Shown here piece after piece: positions 14,501-27,259 of a stretch of 64,000 nt of DNA (the stretch's first letter is position 1; each line of letters begins with the position of its first letter). The DNA comes from Camelus ferus (taxonomy: Eukaryota), in assembly GCF_009834535.1 (NCBI RefSeq), contig NC_045697.1, positions 89,034,001 through 89,098,000 of the forward strand. Reading direction: 5' to 3'. The position numbers and the translations under genes were made by a program. The notes under the pieces were generated by a model. That model searched no databases. It had not been told where the DNA came from and saw only the letters and a list, made by a program, of their open reading frames with translations.

Positions 14501-14619
14501 TAGTATTAGAAACGTTGGCGCAACAACTTAAACAAGCACATTTATGTGTGTGGTAAGGTTTTACTGAACTGGAAGTTGCCTGAAATGAAGTCTGTTAAAT
14601 TCAGGCTGTCCCTCCACAA

Positions 14620-14800
14620 CAGGGTTCTTTCTTGACCTCAGCAGGATCAACATTTTTGGATCAGATAGTTCTTTGTTGTGGGGAGCTGTCCCCTGCATTG
14701 TTTAACAGCATCGCCCACTAGATGCCAGCAGTACCCACCACGTTGTGGCAACCAAAAATGTCTCCAGACATTGTCAGAAGTCCCTTGGGGAAACAGAACT
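14620..14800 (-). mobile_element. MER20 (hAT-Charlie MITE)
   Basis: ttctttgttgtggggagctgtcc, cccactagatgccagcag and caaccaaaaatgtctccagacattg are the reverse complement of the MER20 core. Confidence 0.9.
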
Positions 14801-15294
14801 TTTTGTTCCAGAGCCTTAAAGGCATCCTTTAATTGTCTTTATTACAATGTGCTCCATTCTGCCCATGCCTAAGATTCTTCCCGACTGTAATTTAGACATT
14901 GTAGAGGGCCACAGACATTTTTAGAACACGGATAATCTCTTCCTAATGTGGGGGCTTTCATAAACCAGCTTCTGCGTTTCCATATGGTTATTAATAGGGA
15001 CAGAAGGAATTTACTACCATGTTTTGGTGCCATTGTTGTTTACCTTAGAAAAGTCTAAAAAAAATCAGATACTGAGAGAAAGAAAAAAATATATTTTGTC
15101 TCTCAACTCCCCCTAACCTAAGAATTCAGACCTGTATGGACCTCTCTAATCTATCTACACTTGCTTTAAGCAGCCTCAGCATTCAGTTTACAGAATGAGG
15201 CATTTTTAAAGGAGGTAATATTTAAGAGAATTACACTAGTAGTAGTTATCATATATATATATACATATACCTAGGATTCAAATGTTTGTTGTTT

Positions 15295-15680
15295 TACGTA
15301 CATTTCACATATTAGCTTATTGATTCGTCATAATGAACCTATAAAGTACTATTATTTTCCCATTTTATAAATGAGAAAACTGAAGCATAAGAGAATAGCT
15401 AGTGGCACCAAGATTCCTGGCTTTAGAATTGATGTGCAATGAAACTTCCGTTCAGCCTTTCACAACGCGTTGTGAAAAAATGCTTCATATGTATTACTTT
15501 GTTTAATCCTCACACGAAGGAAGTATTTTCTTTTCTGATTCTTTTCTGAGTTATTTTCTGAGTATTTGCAGATGAGGAAGTAAAAGCTCAAGGAATTATC
15601 TCCTTTGCTGGTCACATATTTAGTAAATGGTGAAGCTCAGGACTAAAAGCTAGGTCTTGCTGACTTCAAAACCATTTATA
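15295..15680 (-). mobile_element. Two adjacent MIR SINE remnants
   Basis: Core motifs cccattttataaatgagaaaactgaagc and tttgcagatgaggaagtaaaagctca...ggtcacatatttagtaaatggtgaagc. Confidence 0.75.
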
Positions 15681-15854
15681 CCTATAGGTCTTAATTTTTC
15701 TCTACATTCCGGAAATTTGATTAGATTACATTTAAGACTTCGTCCAGCTCTAGGGGTCTGCATATCGATATTCCAGAATGTTCTTTACTAAAATTTCAAC
15801 CTAAATTGTAGGATTAATTTTACAAAAAACTATTTCATTTAAAAGTAATTTTGT

Positions 15855-16066
15855 TAGGAGTTTGAGATTATCAGATACAAATAACTATATTTAAATTAAA
15901 TAAACAGCAAGGTCTTACTGTATAGCACAGGGAACTATATTCAATATCCAGTAATAAACCATAATGGAAAAGAATACAAAAAGAATATATATATATATAT
16001 GAATCATTTTTCTGTACACCAGAAACTAACACAACATTGTAAATAAACTATATTTCAATAAAAATT
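15855..16066 (+). mobile_element. 5'-truncated cetartiodactyl L1 3' end (L1_Art-like)
   Basis: caaggtcttactgtatagcacagggaactatattcaatatc...ctgtacaccagaaactaacacaacattgtaaat...aataaa. Confidence 0.88.
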
Positions 16067-16704
16067 TTAAACATTAAATGCTTTTGCAGATAAAGTGAGG
16101 ATATCAGCCTATAATCTATCAGACACTCATTTTTAATACTCTCTTACAGCTACCATATTTTACCTTACTGACACCAATAGAGAACTCACAGTTAGGTGAA
16201 CACAAAATTACTCTAAAAGAAGATACCTAAAGTACTGATTAACTCAGTTTATATGAGAAATAAAACAGAGAAATGGGGCATAATGAATATGGAAGTGGAT
16301 TTGCTGAATGTTAATTGCACACGTATACGAATTCCTTTTACTTCCCTGCGATAACTTATTGATCAGAACTATTGTGAGATGGTTTCAGTTCATAAAATAA
16401 CTACAGCTAGCATTACTTCTATTAGTGATGACACAGATAATATTGAGAACCACAGGATATTTTAAGATGTAATATTCCATACTCAAAGAACACATCTAAT
16501 ATGTTGTAACTTTTGGCTTATAATAGAAAAAGAAATTCACTGTCAGCTTAAATTGTTACTAATCTGATTATCGTGTTCCTTATTGAAAAGGCAGGGGCAT
16601 ACAGGACTTGAATGGAGAAGATTCAGGATACTATTATATGATGATTGTTTAAAGAAAGAAAGAATGCCTAAACCAAAGAAAATCTTCAGCCTGCCCCAGA
16701 GCAA

Positions 16705-17932
16705 CCTGATGGCAAAAGTATTCAAAGAAAGGGTTGGAAGCACTCAGAATTGGGTACAAGCAGTAACAGGGTATATGGTTAAGAGAGGATTTAAAACTGA
16801 CAATAAAACTAATGAAAAGGTGGCCCTAAATTTGGCTATCATCATGCACTGGCAATCCCAAAGAATGTCAATAATAAAATATTCTTCTCCTAAGAAATTC
16901 TGTTAGTCTAAATTTTAATCCATCCTTGGCATTCCTGTTGAGTTTTGATAATATACGTGTTTCAAGTTTTCTTCTTTTTATTACTTATTATTTAAGAAAC
17001 ATTATTACTACATCAATTGAAAATTCCTAGTTTTATCATCTTCCTGAAAAGTGTAGACTTGGCAAAAACATTCTTTTTGAAAATAACTTTTAAGGGTTCA
17101 GAATTGCTGGCTATCACATCCCATGTAGCTTGTGCCTCGCACCACCCTGTCACCACAGTCTTGCTTTTAAAGGGTAATTTTATGTAAGTAATGATAAAAC
17201 ACGAATTTAAAACTGAGAAAAGTAAGTTGAGTTACTTCAGATCTGTAATTCCATGTGACAACCTGGAGTTTTCATTTGCTTAAAAAGTTTTGAACATTTG
17301 AAAACTGCTAGCATAAAACCTAAAGAACAGATGCATGGACAGTATTTTAATCTCAGGAATTGATCATGAAACTGGATTTCCAAAAATTCTGTGCCAGAAT
17401 TGTCCTTACATTTAAAATTTTTCCTCAGTATTGTGTGCATCTGAGTCTTCATGCTAAAGGGACTTTTCAAATTTGAAATTAATAAAAAGTATTTTCTAAC
17501 CCCTGTGAGTGATGATAGGTTGGCAAATTTGTCCATACTCTCCACTGAGCCTGAATACGTGAAGATTATCAATTTTAAAGACAGAGTGACAAACTGACCG
17601 ATGCCAAGGCTAAAAACAGAAGCTGCATGGCTTTCTTTCATGGATGCAACAGAACAATATGTGTTATTTCCCTTTTGTCAAAATACACATTAACATAATT
17701 AAGATACATTAGTCAAATACTCCTTTTCTTTTTTTTATGCTGTGATACTTTACCTTTTATATAATTCCATGTGTACATTGGACAAAATAAACTTTTCAAT
17801 GACTGCCATTTCTTTTCTGGCCATTATTTGTTTATCACTCCTTGATTACTACCAAATATGATTCTGTTATGTAAAGATGGGGCATTAAAAATGATCCACT
17901 CTGGGTGTCAAATACATTAGGTATGATACTAC
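16705..17932 (+). mobile_element. MER97-family hAT-Tip100 element with a transposase C-terminal remnant
   Basis: The 3' end aaaaatgatccactctgggtgtcaaatacattaggta and internal blocks (atcatcatgcactggcaat; ttgagttacttcagatctgtaattccatgtgac) match MER97. 17385-17590 translates with frameshifts to SVPELSLHLKFFLSI / CASESSC*RDFSNLKLIKS / DDRLANLSILSTE. Confidence 0.75.
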
Positions 17933-18629
17933 CAGGGGAAAAAAGCAAAAGCTGACTTCTACTGTTTTTCTGAGACACACTTTGACTCAATTAGGAAAAA
18001 AGATGTAGCCAATAGCAAGAACGCAAAAGATATGTTTACCCTGTGAGAAGAGCATTTCCTTTCTCTGATGAGTTCAGGAAGTGTCTGTGATTACTTCAGC
18101 GAGTTAGTGTAGAGGATTCATGAGCAAAGAATTTGGACTAAATGGCCTTTCAATCCTATGTTTCAACTCCTAAAGCAAGGCATTTCCTTTTTGAGACTTT
18201 CTCAAGTAAGAGAAAATATAATTGTGCATCTAATATAAAAGGGGTAGACCTCTTGTCAAGTAATTCTTGCTCTGTTACTCTAGCATCATTGACATAAAAT
18301 ACATAGGTGTATTTCTCAGAAAGACTATGATGAGCCCTATGTTCACACAAGGTCCCTAGAAAAGTAATGCTGCAATTGCATTATAATCCAAAGTAGTGGG
18401 GGGCAAAAGCAAAATTTGGTTGATTGTTTGGACCTAACTTCAACAATTCCTGTAACAGAGGAATGTTACAGCTGTTAACACAACTTTGCTGTAACATTCC
18501 TAGTCTATGCCACTACAATTCACATGCCACAGAAGTTTCTATGAACACCAATTTAATTATAATACTTTTTCACCAGCTATCTCTGATTTTAGTTTAGCAT
18601 GAAACAAGTATATTATTAGAAGAGTGTAA

Positions 18630-19134
18630 TGTAAGGCCTGAAATTGAAGCCCCAATATGATGTGCTACCTTGACAGGTGGTGACGTTGGGAAGGCCTCAC
18701 CTGGCCTAACGGTGGTCTCTTCCTCACTCTGCTCCTGCAGATAAGGTGCCCTCACCACTCAGCCCTTATCAGGAGACCAGGCCCAATGCCTGCTTATCCA
18801 TGACTGGCAGGTTTCACTACTCGGCCAGCCCCTGGAATTACTCAAACACCCCATCACATCCTCCTGCAGGAATCTGGGGCATACTCCACCCACTTGAGAC
18901 TGTAAAACCTGCCTCCCACAGCCCCTGGCCCTTCACTCTGTTCCACAGTGCAACCCCCATGTGGCCCTCTGTGGGGTGCAGTGTCCTCCTCTCCCAGGCG
19001 ATGAGTATACGTGACTGATACACTGCTGTCCAGCTCATCTGTCCAGTGGTAGGTGTCCTGTGTTCTAGCCACCCCCAAACCCTAGAGTGGGCTTCCCTCC
19101 TTCAGCAACAGAGTGAATAGGGGGTAATTACACA
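18630..19134 (+). mobile_element. ERVL solo LTR (LTR53-like)
   Basis: TG...CA ends, about 505 bp. cctgcctcccacagcccctg, gtgcaacccccatgtggccct and ctcatctgtccagtg match the recalled LTR53 consensus. Confidence 0.7.
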
Positions 19135-20969
19135 AAAAGAAAGTACCATAGCTTTTATGTAAATATATGTACGTATACACACATATATGTTTTATTAAGA
19201 TGGTTGTGTTATAGGTATTTTAGTGTATTTATAATTGAGTATTCTTAATTTTTTAAAAGAATTTAATCTTATAAAATCCTTCAAAAATATGTCAGTTATC
19301 TTTTTTAGGTTTTGCAGAATGTACTCTCTTATTGTTGAAGTAGTATATATTTGATCCTCAATAACAGAAAAAAAGAAATAAAATATGCCATTTTCATGGT
19401 AAAAAAGAAAAATCCACCTTTGGAGGACCATCACTGTTAGGGCACAAAAATAAGAAAGCAGTGTCTTTGCCTCTGCTGTGTGTGTGTGTCTATGTATGTG
19501 TGTATCTAACCGTTTTCTCCTTGATTTTACTTTATCAGTTTCCTCTGTTAACTAAATAACACTGATTCATGTTTCCTTACATACACCACTACTTTATAAT
19601 CTTATTCTGTTCTACTGATACATAATTTATAATGTCTCTCCTAAGCATTGAGTTTTTTTAAACTATTTTTTAAACAGATTGTTAAGCCTATATATGCGCG
19701 TGCGTGTGTGTGTGTAAGTGTGTATATGTATTTAAACTGGTTCTAACTTTTTTTTAATTGTAGGGTTTTTGGGGGGGCAAATAATTCTCCATTCTTATTT
19801 TTCTACATTAGCAATAAATTCCACATAAAAAGACAACCCTCTGTAAACTTTGTGACTCAATCTGTGTTCTAAACTGAGTGTTACTTGTTTTATTATGTGT
19901 GACATGATCAGAGGCAAAATAATTTGTGGCACCTCAGTCATGTGCAATAACCATTTCACATCAAAAAGCAAATAACCAATCTGACTTTTACTATTACACG
20001 GTTCATAAGAAATGTGGTTACTAGACCTGAAGCAGCAAGCAAGCATGAAATGCAATATTGTTTAACGCTGGATGTAAAAATTATTTGCAAGAAAAAAAAA
20101 AGAAAAAAATCTTAAAAGGAAAGGGGGTGGGAAGTTGGTACAAAGAGAAACCCTAGGGAAATAAAATCTCTGAGAAATTACACTGCTGTGGGCCCAGGTC
20201 CTGCGGGTGACTGCCTGAGATCCTGGTACATGGAATTAAGCAGACAGTAATTAATAAACTGGAGATGGTTACTCTGCTGGTCATCCAGTTTTCTTCAAAA
20301 CAGAGTGGGGAAGCTTTGATGTGAGAGAATCTCTTTCATTAGGAGGGAGTCTTGAGAATATACAAACATTGTACTTTGATCAAGTTTCTCCAAGGACTAT
20401 AAATATCTTCTGACTTGAAAGTTAAAGAGATTTGAAATTGTATAAAATATTTGAAAAGGGTAAGATTTAATATTGCCTAACCCACTGAAGGAACACAAGA
20501 AAAAGAATTAGAATCAGAGAATGTTTAATGAAGAGAGCCTCTGAAGCTTCATAAAGAAACAGGAAAAATAAAGTGGGCCAAAGTGTTTCCTTTCCCTCTA
20601 ATGGTTTTGAAGTGCTTTAATAATTAAAACATTTTTTTCTTCACAGGAGGATTGGGTAAAAAAGGTAGAAGGACATCTATGAAGTGAAAAGAAACATATT
20701 CAAATAACTTGCTGCATGATTCTTTTTTTTTAATGGCAGTTCCACAATTACAAACAGGGTTAAGAGTTGCTTCTAAGGTGAAAGCTGCCAATTCTAAAAT
20801 TATTTTTGATGACTGTAATCAATTCATGACAGACAAATAAGCTAGATGAGTATGTGTAAGTATGAAGCTACTTCCAAAACTGTAATACTTTCAATGAATA
20901 AGGCATGGACGTTTCTTTGTGTAAGAACTAAGCTTAAAATTGCATTGTTTCCTATTAAACTGCGTAACA

Positions 20970-21480
20970 TATTTAATTCAATGAATATTTATTGCACAAC
21001 GTCTAATATCAAGATGTAGTTATCGTTGGTTGTCTGATAGAGCTCTAGGAGTTTAATATTTGTGGTAACAATTATAAAATAATTACAATAAAAAACAAAT
21101 GTTAATTGTCAGGAAATACAATTAATTCATGTAGGATTACAGATCAGGAAACAGAGCATGTATAAAAACATTTTTAAAACTTTAGGAAGGGTGGTGCATT
21201 CGGGCAGCAATTTGAGGACTAAGAACAACAGACAGTGTTGTTCTGAGTGGGGTTGGGGTGACTGGACAACCCTGAGGGAAGGGAGATCAGGTGTGTCTGT
21301 ATCGGGTCCAGATTGACAAGAGGTTGGGTTTCTTGTCAACATATGGGAAAAAGTAAATGTTGAAGAAGTAAACATAATGGAAGGTGAAGAGTGCCAGGCT
21401 GGACATTGTATTAATTTTTTAGGCAAAAGAAAACCACTGAAAGCTTAAGCAGAGGGATCAATGGTGAGTGGAAACTCTGA
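20970..21480 (-). mobile_element. L2 LINE remnant
   Basis: attcaatgaatatttattg terminal motif and aggcaaaagaaaaccactgaaagcttaagcag block. Confidence 0.55.
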
Positions 21481-21570
21481 GATTATTTTTTGACCCAACT
21501 TTTCCTAACTAGTGGGCTTTCATCTCACCTAGAATTTCATGAATTTGTGTGTAGTGATGTGTGTGTGCAA

Positions 21571-23014
21571 GCTGTATTGGGAAAGCTGGACAGCCACATG
21601 TAAATCAACGAAGTTAGAGAACTCCTTCACACTATACACAAAAATAAACTCAGACTGGCTTAAAGACTTAAATATAAGACAACACTATAAACCTCCTAGA
21701 AGAAAACATAGGCAAAAGATTCTCGGACATAAATCTCAGCATCATTCTCCTTGGGCAGTCTACACAGGCAATAGAAATAAGAGCAAAAATAAACAAATAG
21801 GACCTAATTAAACTTACAAACTTTTGCATAGCAAAGGAAACCATAAGCAAAACAAAACGACAACCTACAGAATGGGAGAAAATATCTACAAATGATGCAA
21901 CTGACAAAGGTTTAATCCCCAGAATATATAAAAAGCTCATACAACTTAAGAACAAAAAAAAACCCAATCCAAAAATGGGCTGAAGACATAAACAAGCATT
22001 TTGCCAATGAAGACATACAAGTGACCAATAAGCACATGAAAAAAATGATCAATATTGCTAATTATCAGCAAAATGCAAATTAAAACTATAGTGAGGTATC
22101 ACCTCACACCAGTCAAAATGGCCACCATTAAAAAGTCCACAAACAATATATGCTGGAGAGGGTGTGGAGAAAAGGGAACCCTCCTACACTGCTGTTGGGA
22201 CTGCAGTTTGGTGCAGCCATTATGGAAAACAGTACAGAGATTCCTCAAACTAAAAATAGACTTACCATATGATCCATCAATCCCACTCCTGGGCATATAT
22301 TATGTTCCAGACGGAACTCTAATTCAAAAAAATATAGACACCCCAATGTTCATAGCAGCCCTTTTTACAATAGCCAAGACACAGGAAGCAACCTAAATGT
22401 CCACTGACAGGTGACTGGATAAAGAAGCTGTGGGATAGTTATACAATGGAATACTACTCAGTGTTAAAAAAGAATAAGATAATGCCATTAGTAGCAACAT
22501 GGATGGACCTGGAGATTGTTATTCTAAGTGAAGTAAGCCAGAAAGAGAAAAGAGATACTGTATTATATCACTCTAACAGTGCAATCTAAAAAAAGAAGGA
22601 AAAAAAGACACTAATGACCTTATCTATGAAACAGAAATAGACTCACAGATATAGTAAACAATCTCATGGTTACCAAGGGGAAAAAGGGATGGGAAGAGAT
22701 AAATTGGGAGTTCAAGATTTGCAAATATTAACTAGTACATATATAATAGGTAAACAACAAGTTTCTTTTGTATAGCACAGGGAACTATATTCAATATCTT
22801 GTAATAACTTTTAATGAAGAAGCAAATGAAAACAAACATATATATGTATATTCATGACTGGGGCACCAGACATTGGCACACTGTAACTGACTGTACTTCA
22901 AAAAAAAAAGAATATGAAAATGAATATATGTATGTGTATGTATGAATGAAACATGATGCTGTACACCAGAAATTGACACATTATAAGCTGACTATACTTT
23001 AATAAATAAATAAA
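21571..23014 (+). mobile_element. 5'-truncated camelid/cetartiodactyl L1 (ORF2 C-terminus plus 3'UTR) with a doubled 3' end
   Basis: Frameshifted ORF2 peptides [23 protein letters not shown] and [15 protein letters not shown]...[26 protein letters not shown] (CCHC region), then the 3'UTR and A-rich tails. Confidence 0.95.
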
Positions 23015-23848
23015 TCTACATTTGTATTATGTTTAATATTTTATAATATTATATCAGAGAAAACATAGCTGTTTTTATTAAACCTGAAATAATTAACTAA
23101 TTTTGTTTGCCAAAGTTGTACCTAAATTATGTGAATGTGAATTCCTGAAGTCTTCAGTTAGATTCTAGAATATATTTTTTAGCACACTGAAAATATTAGA
23201 AGTTCAATTTTCATATTTTCTGTTTTTTTAAGGAACTTATATAAGAGCTTCTTTGTCTTTAAGGCAATCAGAATAAATCTTTTGTAAGAGATTTCATAAT
23301 CTACCAGTGCCCAGGTACCCTAAAGACAATGCAGATCAAGTTACTGAACAACAACAAAAAAAAAAACAGGCCAAATGTAGACTGTTCTGCCTGGTGTCTT
23401 TGAGTACCTGTGCTTGCTTTATTTTGAGAAGACTGCTGTACTTCAAATGCCCCTCCACTAACAGGTCTGTCCACATCCCCCCACCCTATTCCTCCCACGT
23501 TTATTCTGGACATGACCATTTGTCTATGTGCCGAGAAAGGAACTCTCAGAATTTGGACACTGTTATTAACAACACCCATAAAATAATACAACAGTTGTAT
23601 AATTTTCAATTTACTGTAGATCTTGCATTTCTGATTCAGAGAGGAACCAGCTGGAGAAAGAGACAGGTTCTCCCTGTGCATTTTTACATAGGCTTATACT
23701 CTTGGTACAAGCATATGCACTGCTTTCCACATAGCATAATGTAGCTAATCAATTGGAATTAACTAAAATTATTTTATTCACTTTTATCAGCCTTGCTGTT
23801 AGTCTAATTATTTTCTAAATTATGAAATTTGATTGATTGTTGGTCCTA

Positions 23849-23851
<3 letters not shown>

Positions 23852-23883
<32 letters not shown>

Positions 23884-23905
23884 ACATGCGCATGCGCATG
23901 CGTGT
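23852..23905. repeat. (TG)n extending into a CGCACATGCGCATGCGCATGCG alternating purine-pyrimidine tract
   Basis: Directly visible. Confidence 0.93.
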
Positions 23906-25999
23906 TTATTCTGTCTTGGTTGTTATTCTGGTAGGAATTTAGAAATGAGAGCCAGTGGATGCTGGCCAGATGCCATTTTAAACTTGAATTTCCAGGCACT
24001 GGGTTTTAAAGCCCAGAGTCTCTATTGCCAAATTGTTTCTCCAAATTTTCCTCAACCATATACTATTTTAAAAGGACTCTTTTTGTCATTGTTTGTTTTG
24101 CTAATTTTGTCTGTGAAAATGGTCATTTATTTTTAAGTTCTTCATACATGTATGTGAGTAGGCTAGTGGGATTAGACACTAACAATACTGAAATCATTAG
24201 TATTTGTGCTTTTTATGTATAAGGGATAGCAACTAATGATGAAAAATAACTCACTTTCTGAGTATTTCTTAGGGAGTATATGCTTGGACACCTAGCTCAC
24301 AGCTGTCTATAATGTATTACATGAATCTCATACATGAAGTACAGGGAGAGATTAGAGGACGTAGAAATATACTTTGGGCTGTTAGGGAAAAGACATAATG
24401 TCAGAATGAGGCATTGGAGGAGTGATAGGAAAATAAAATGAGTTGTGAGGATCACCTCAAGGGGAAACTGGATTTGGGATAGTGCAAGACACTCTTCCGT
24501 CTTTGGCTCGCTGGGTTTGCGTACCGGAGATACAGATGATGTTTGGAAATGTGAAGTGTTTTGGGAGCAGATAATGCGTACTGGGGAAATAATGGGTGAT
24601 AACGCTGGAGATGAAGATACTGAGTGGGTTTTGAAAGATATTTAATGACATTTGTACTTTTTTGTGACAATATGCCATGTTAAGTGTTCAAGTGATATAA
24701 CCAAAGCTTTGAAAATTTAACTCTGCAGTGAGCGTAAAGGGTCAGTTACTTGGGACCAAGTGGGAATAAAGAAGGTATTGGAAGGGTGTTCCAGGACAAA
24801 GGTGTAAGTGTTAAAAAACAGAAAAAAAAAAAAAAAAAAAAAAAAAAGGAAAGAAAGCACCTAAATTAAGATAACTAGAGTGGGAGGAAAAAAGTAAATA
24901 TAAGAGTCATTTTTAAGTAAAACAGCAACAAGATATGGAAAATGACTAGATGTAGCAAAAATGTAAAAATGAGCTATTAATTATAATTCTAAGGCTTCAA
25001 ATCTAGATGTCTGGAAATATGGTGATACTAGCAGCAAAATAAGTTTAAAAAAGGAAGTTATGTGAAAAACTGATTTGCATTTTATGAATAATCAACTCCT
25101 CTATTATTGTGATTGGAAAGAAATTAATTTAGCCAAATTAAGAAATTTTCAATGAAACTATCCAATTTTAATGAGTAAATGTGAACATTGTTTTAAATGT
25201 TTCCTTTACCTGTATTTGGAAAGAAACATATAGTGATGATGGTGTAACATTTAAAGTTTTCATTTGTTATTTTACAATTCTGTCAATAATACTAAAAAAT
25301 TTTTAAATAAAGTTGTTTCCTCTTAAATGACTGGGTTGTGGGCATAAATATTTGTTCATGACTCCATTAAACAAATATATTTTAAAATTCTGTTCTGTTG
25401 GCACTCAAAATTATGTTAAGTGAAATGGAATTTTATTCAAGATAGAAAGAATAATTTCTTATTCTCAGGTCCCAGGAAAAGCTAGGAGCTATGTTCCATG
25501 TTAATTATTTCAGTGAGAAATGCAAAAATAAACAGGCCACCCTTTTTAACACTATGTTTTATTATAGTAAATAGAATTATCTGCAACATTTCCCAGTTTT
25601 TTTTCTTCTTTGACTTTTCCATCTGTTACTTTTTATGCTTCACACCTGCTGATAAGTCTGTGAAAACTAGAGAAACCAACTTTTTTTTTTAGCAACAATG
25701 TATGTTTATACATTACTTTGTTCTGAAACTAGTAAAATTTTAAAATGCTACTTAAGATTTTGTGTGGCCTCTAATTTGTGGAAAAAAGAAACCATCTCAG
25801 TATACTAAAATAAATTATTCATCTTAACTGAAATAAAGTAGTATTTTGGTATGTCTATTAACCTGTATATACTAATCAATTCACTGTATAATTTTTTTTT
25901 TGTTATTAGGAACATGGGCAAATACAGATTCACCTTTATAAATTACATTTACTTTTTAGTATAATAATATTGTGTTAAGCTTTGTTGTCCAGTTGTGCA

Positions 26000-26365
26000 T
26001 AACTTTCTCTAAGTTCTGTGAGCCTCTAGCAAATTAATGGAACCCAAGGAGGGGTTTGTAGCAACCTCTGATTTATGGCCAGTTAGTCAGAAGTACAGGT
26101 AACAACCTGGACTTGCAACTGGTATCTGACGTCCAAGGAGTGGGTGGTGGGACAGAGCATAGGTGGCAACCTAAGCTTGCAACTGCCTCTGAAGTTGAGG
26201 GGAGGGTGCTCAGTCTTGCAGGACCAGAACTCAGCCTGCGGAATCTGATGCTATCTTCAGGTAGATAGTCTCAGGGTTGAGTTGAATTTTAGGACAGCTG
26301 GTTGATGTCTGGAGAATTGGTGCGGGGAAAACACTTGTACATCCATGACAGAACTGGGTCCCAGA
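26000..26365 (+). mobile_element. MER21-family LTR, 3' half
   Basis: agttctgtgagcctctagcaaattaatggaacccaaggagggg and cctggacttgcaactggtatctga are homologous to 3395-3700. Confidence 0.75.
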
Positions 26366-26520
26366 AACTTTCGCTGACTAATATTGTAAGTGATTCCCTA
26401 GTGAGGAAAGATACAAAGGAATTGAGGCAAAAAGGAAGAGTTCAATGACGAAACCATGGTGACTTGGTGTATCAGAGACATTCAAAGAAATTTAAGTATA
26501 GAGTGCAAGGAGCTGCATTA

Positions 26521-26522
<2 letters not shown>

Positions 26523-26556
<34 letters not shown>
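26523..26556. repeat. (GT)n microsatellite
   Basis: Directly visible. Confidence 0.95.
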
Positions 26557-26558
<2 letters not shown>

Positions 26559-26559
26559 A

Positions 26560-26700
26560 AAACACAGTTCTGGAGGCTAGGAGTTCAAAATCAAGTGCCA
26601 GGTGAGCTGTGCTCTGTCTGCAGGCTCTAAGGGGCAAATCTGTTCCATGTCTTTCAGGTTCTCATGTCACCAGCAATCCCTGGTGTCCCCTCTTGTTAGA
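26560..26700 (-). mobile_element. MLT1 (MaLR) LTR fragment
   Basis: cacagttctggaggctaggagttcaaaatcaag...ggctctaaggggcaaatctgttccatg. Confidence 0.7.
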
Positions 26701-26754
26701 GATACAGTCTAAGTGGCTGCGTATACCTTGATAGTGACAGTCAGGCATTATCAT

Positions 26755-27122
26755 GGGCTACGGTCGGTCTGAATGTCTGTGCCCCGCCCCTTGAAATTCG
26801 TACGTTGAAATCCTAATGCCCCACGTGATGATACTGAGGTGCACCTTTGAGAGGTGCTTGAGTCATGAGCACAGAGACCTCACGGATGGGACTAGTGCCT
26901 TTTTAAGAAGAGGCTAGACAGCATACTTGCTCCTCCTACCATGTGAGGACGTGGGTGAGAAGGCACAGGCTATGCACCAGAAGAGGGCTTTTATCAGAGA
27001 ACACAGCCATGCTGGCACCTTCATCTTGGACTTCCCAGGCTCCAAATCTGTGAGAAAAGTTTCTGTTGCCTTGCCTCCCAGTCTGAGGTATTTTGTTACA
27101 GTAGGATGAATGGACTAAAACA
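26755..27122 (+). mobile_element. MLT1A-type MaLR solo LTR
   Basis: ctgaatgtctgtg...gttgaaatcctaat...ccatgtgaggac...gctggcaccttcatcttggacttccc...ggtattttgttacag...gactaaaaca. Confidence 0.88.
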
Positions 27123-27259
27123 GCATGAAAGCAAATTAGAGCCAGCTGAGTTTTAAATGGGGCACGAGGCAGTAGAGGGTGGGGGGTGTTGTCAAATCGA
27201 TTTCTTTCTCTCTTTTTCATATTTCTCCCCTCCCTCATTCTTCCCTCCACTCCTACATT

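Noticed and set aside
16583..17641. 107-aa and 134-aa ORFs
   Set aside because: They overlap the MER97-type element. The real homology is a broken transposase frame on the plus strand.
21539..22396. ORFs of 90-113 aa as protein-coding genes
   Set aside because: They are frameshifted fragments of a truncated L1 ORF2.
23301..24136. Overlapping 126/145/99-aa ORFs
   Set aside because: Low-complexity and microsatellite-derived residues, no codon or homology signal; such ORFs are expected by chance.
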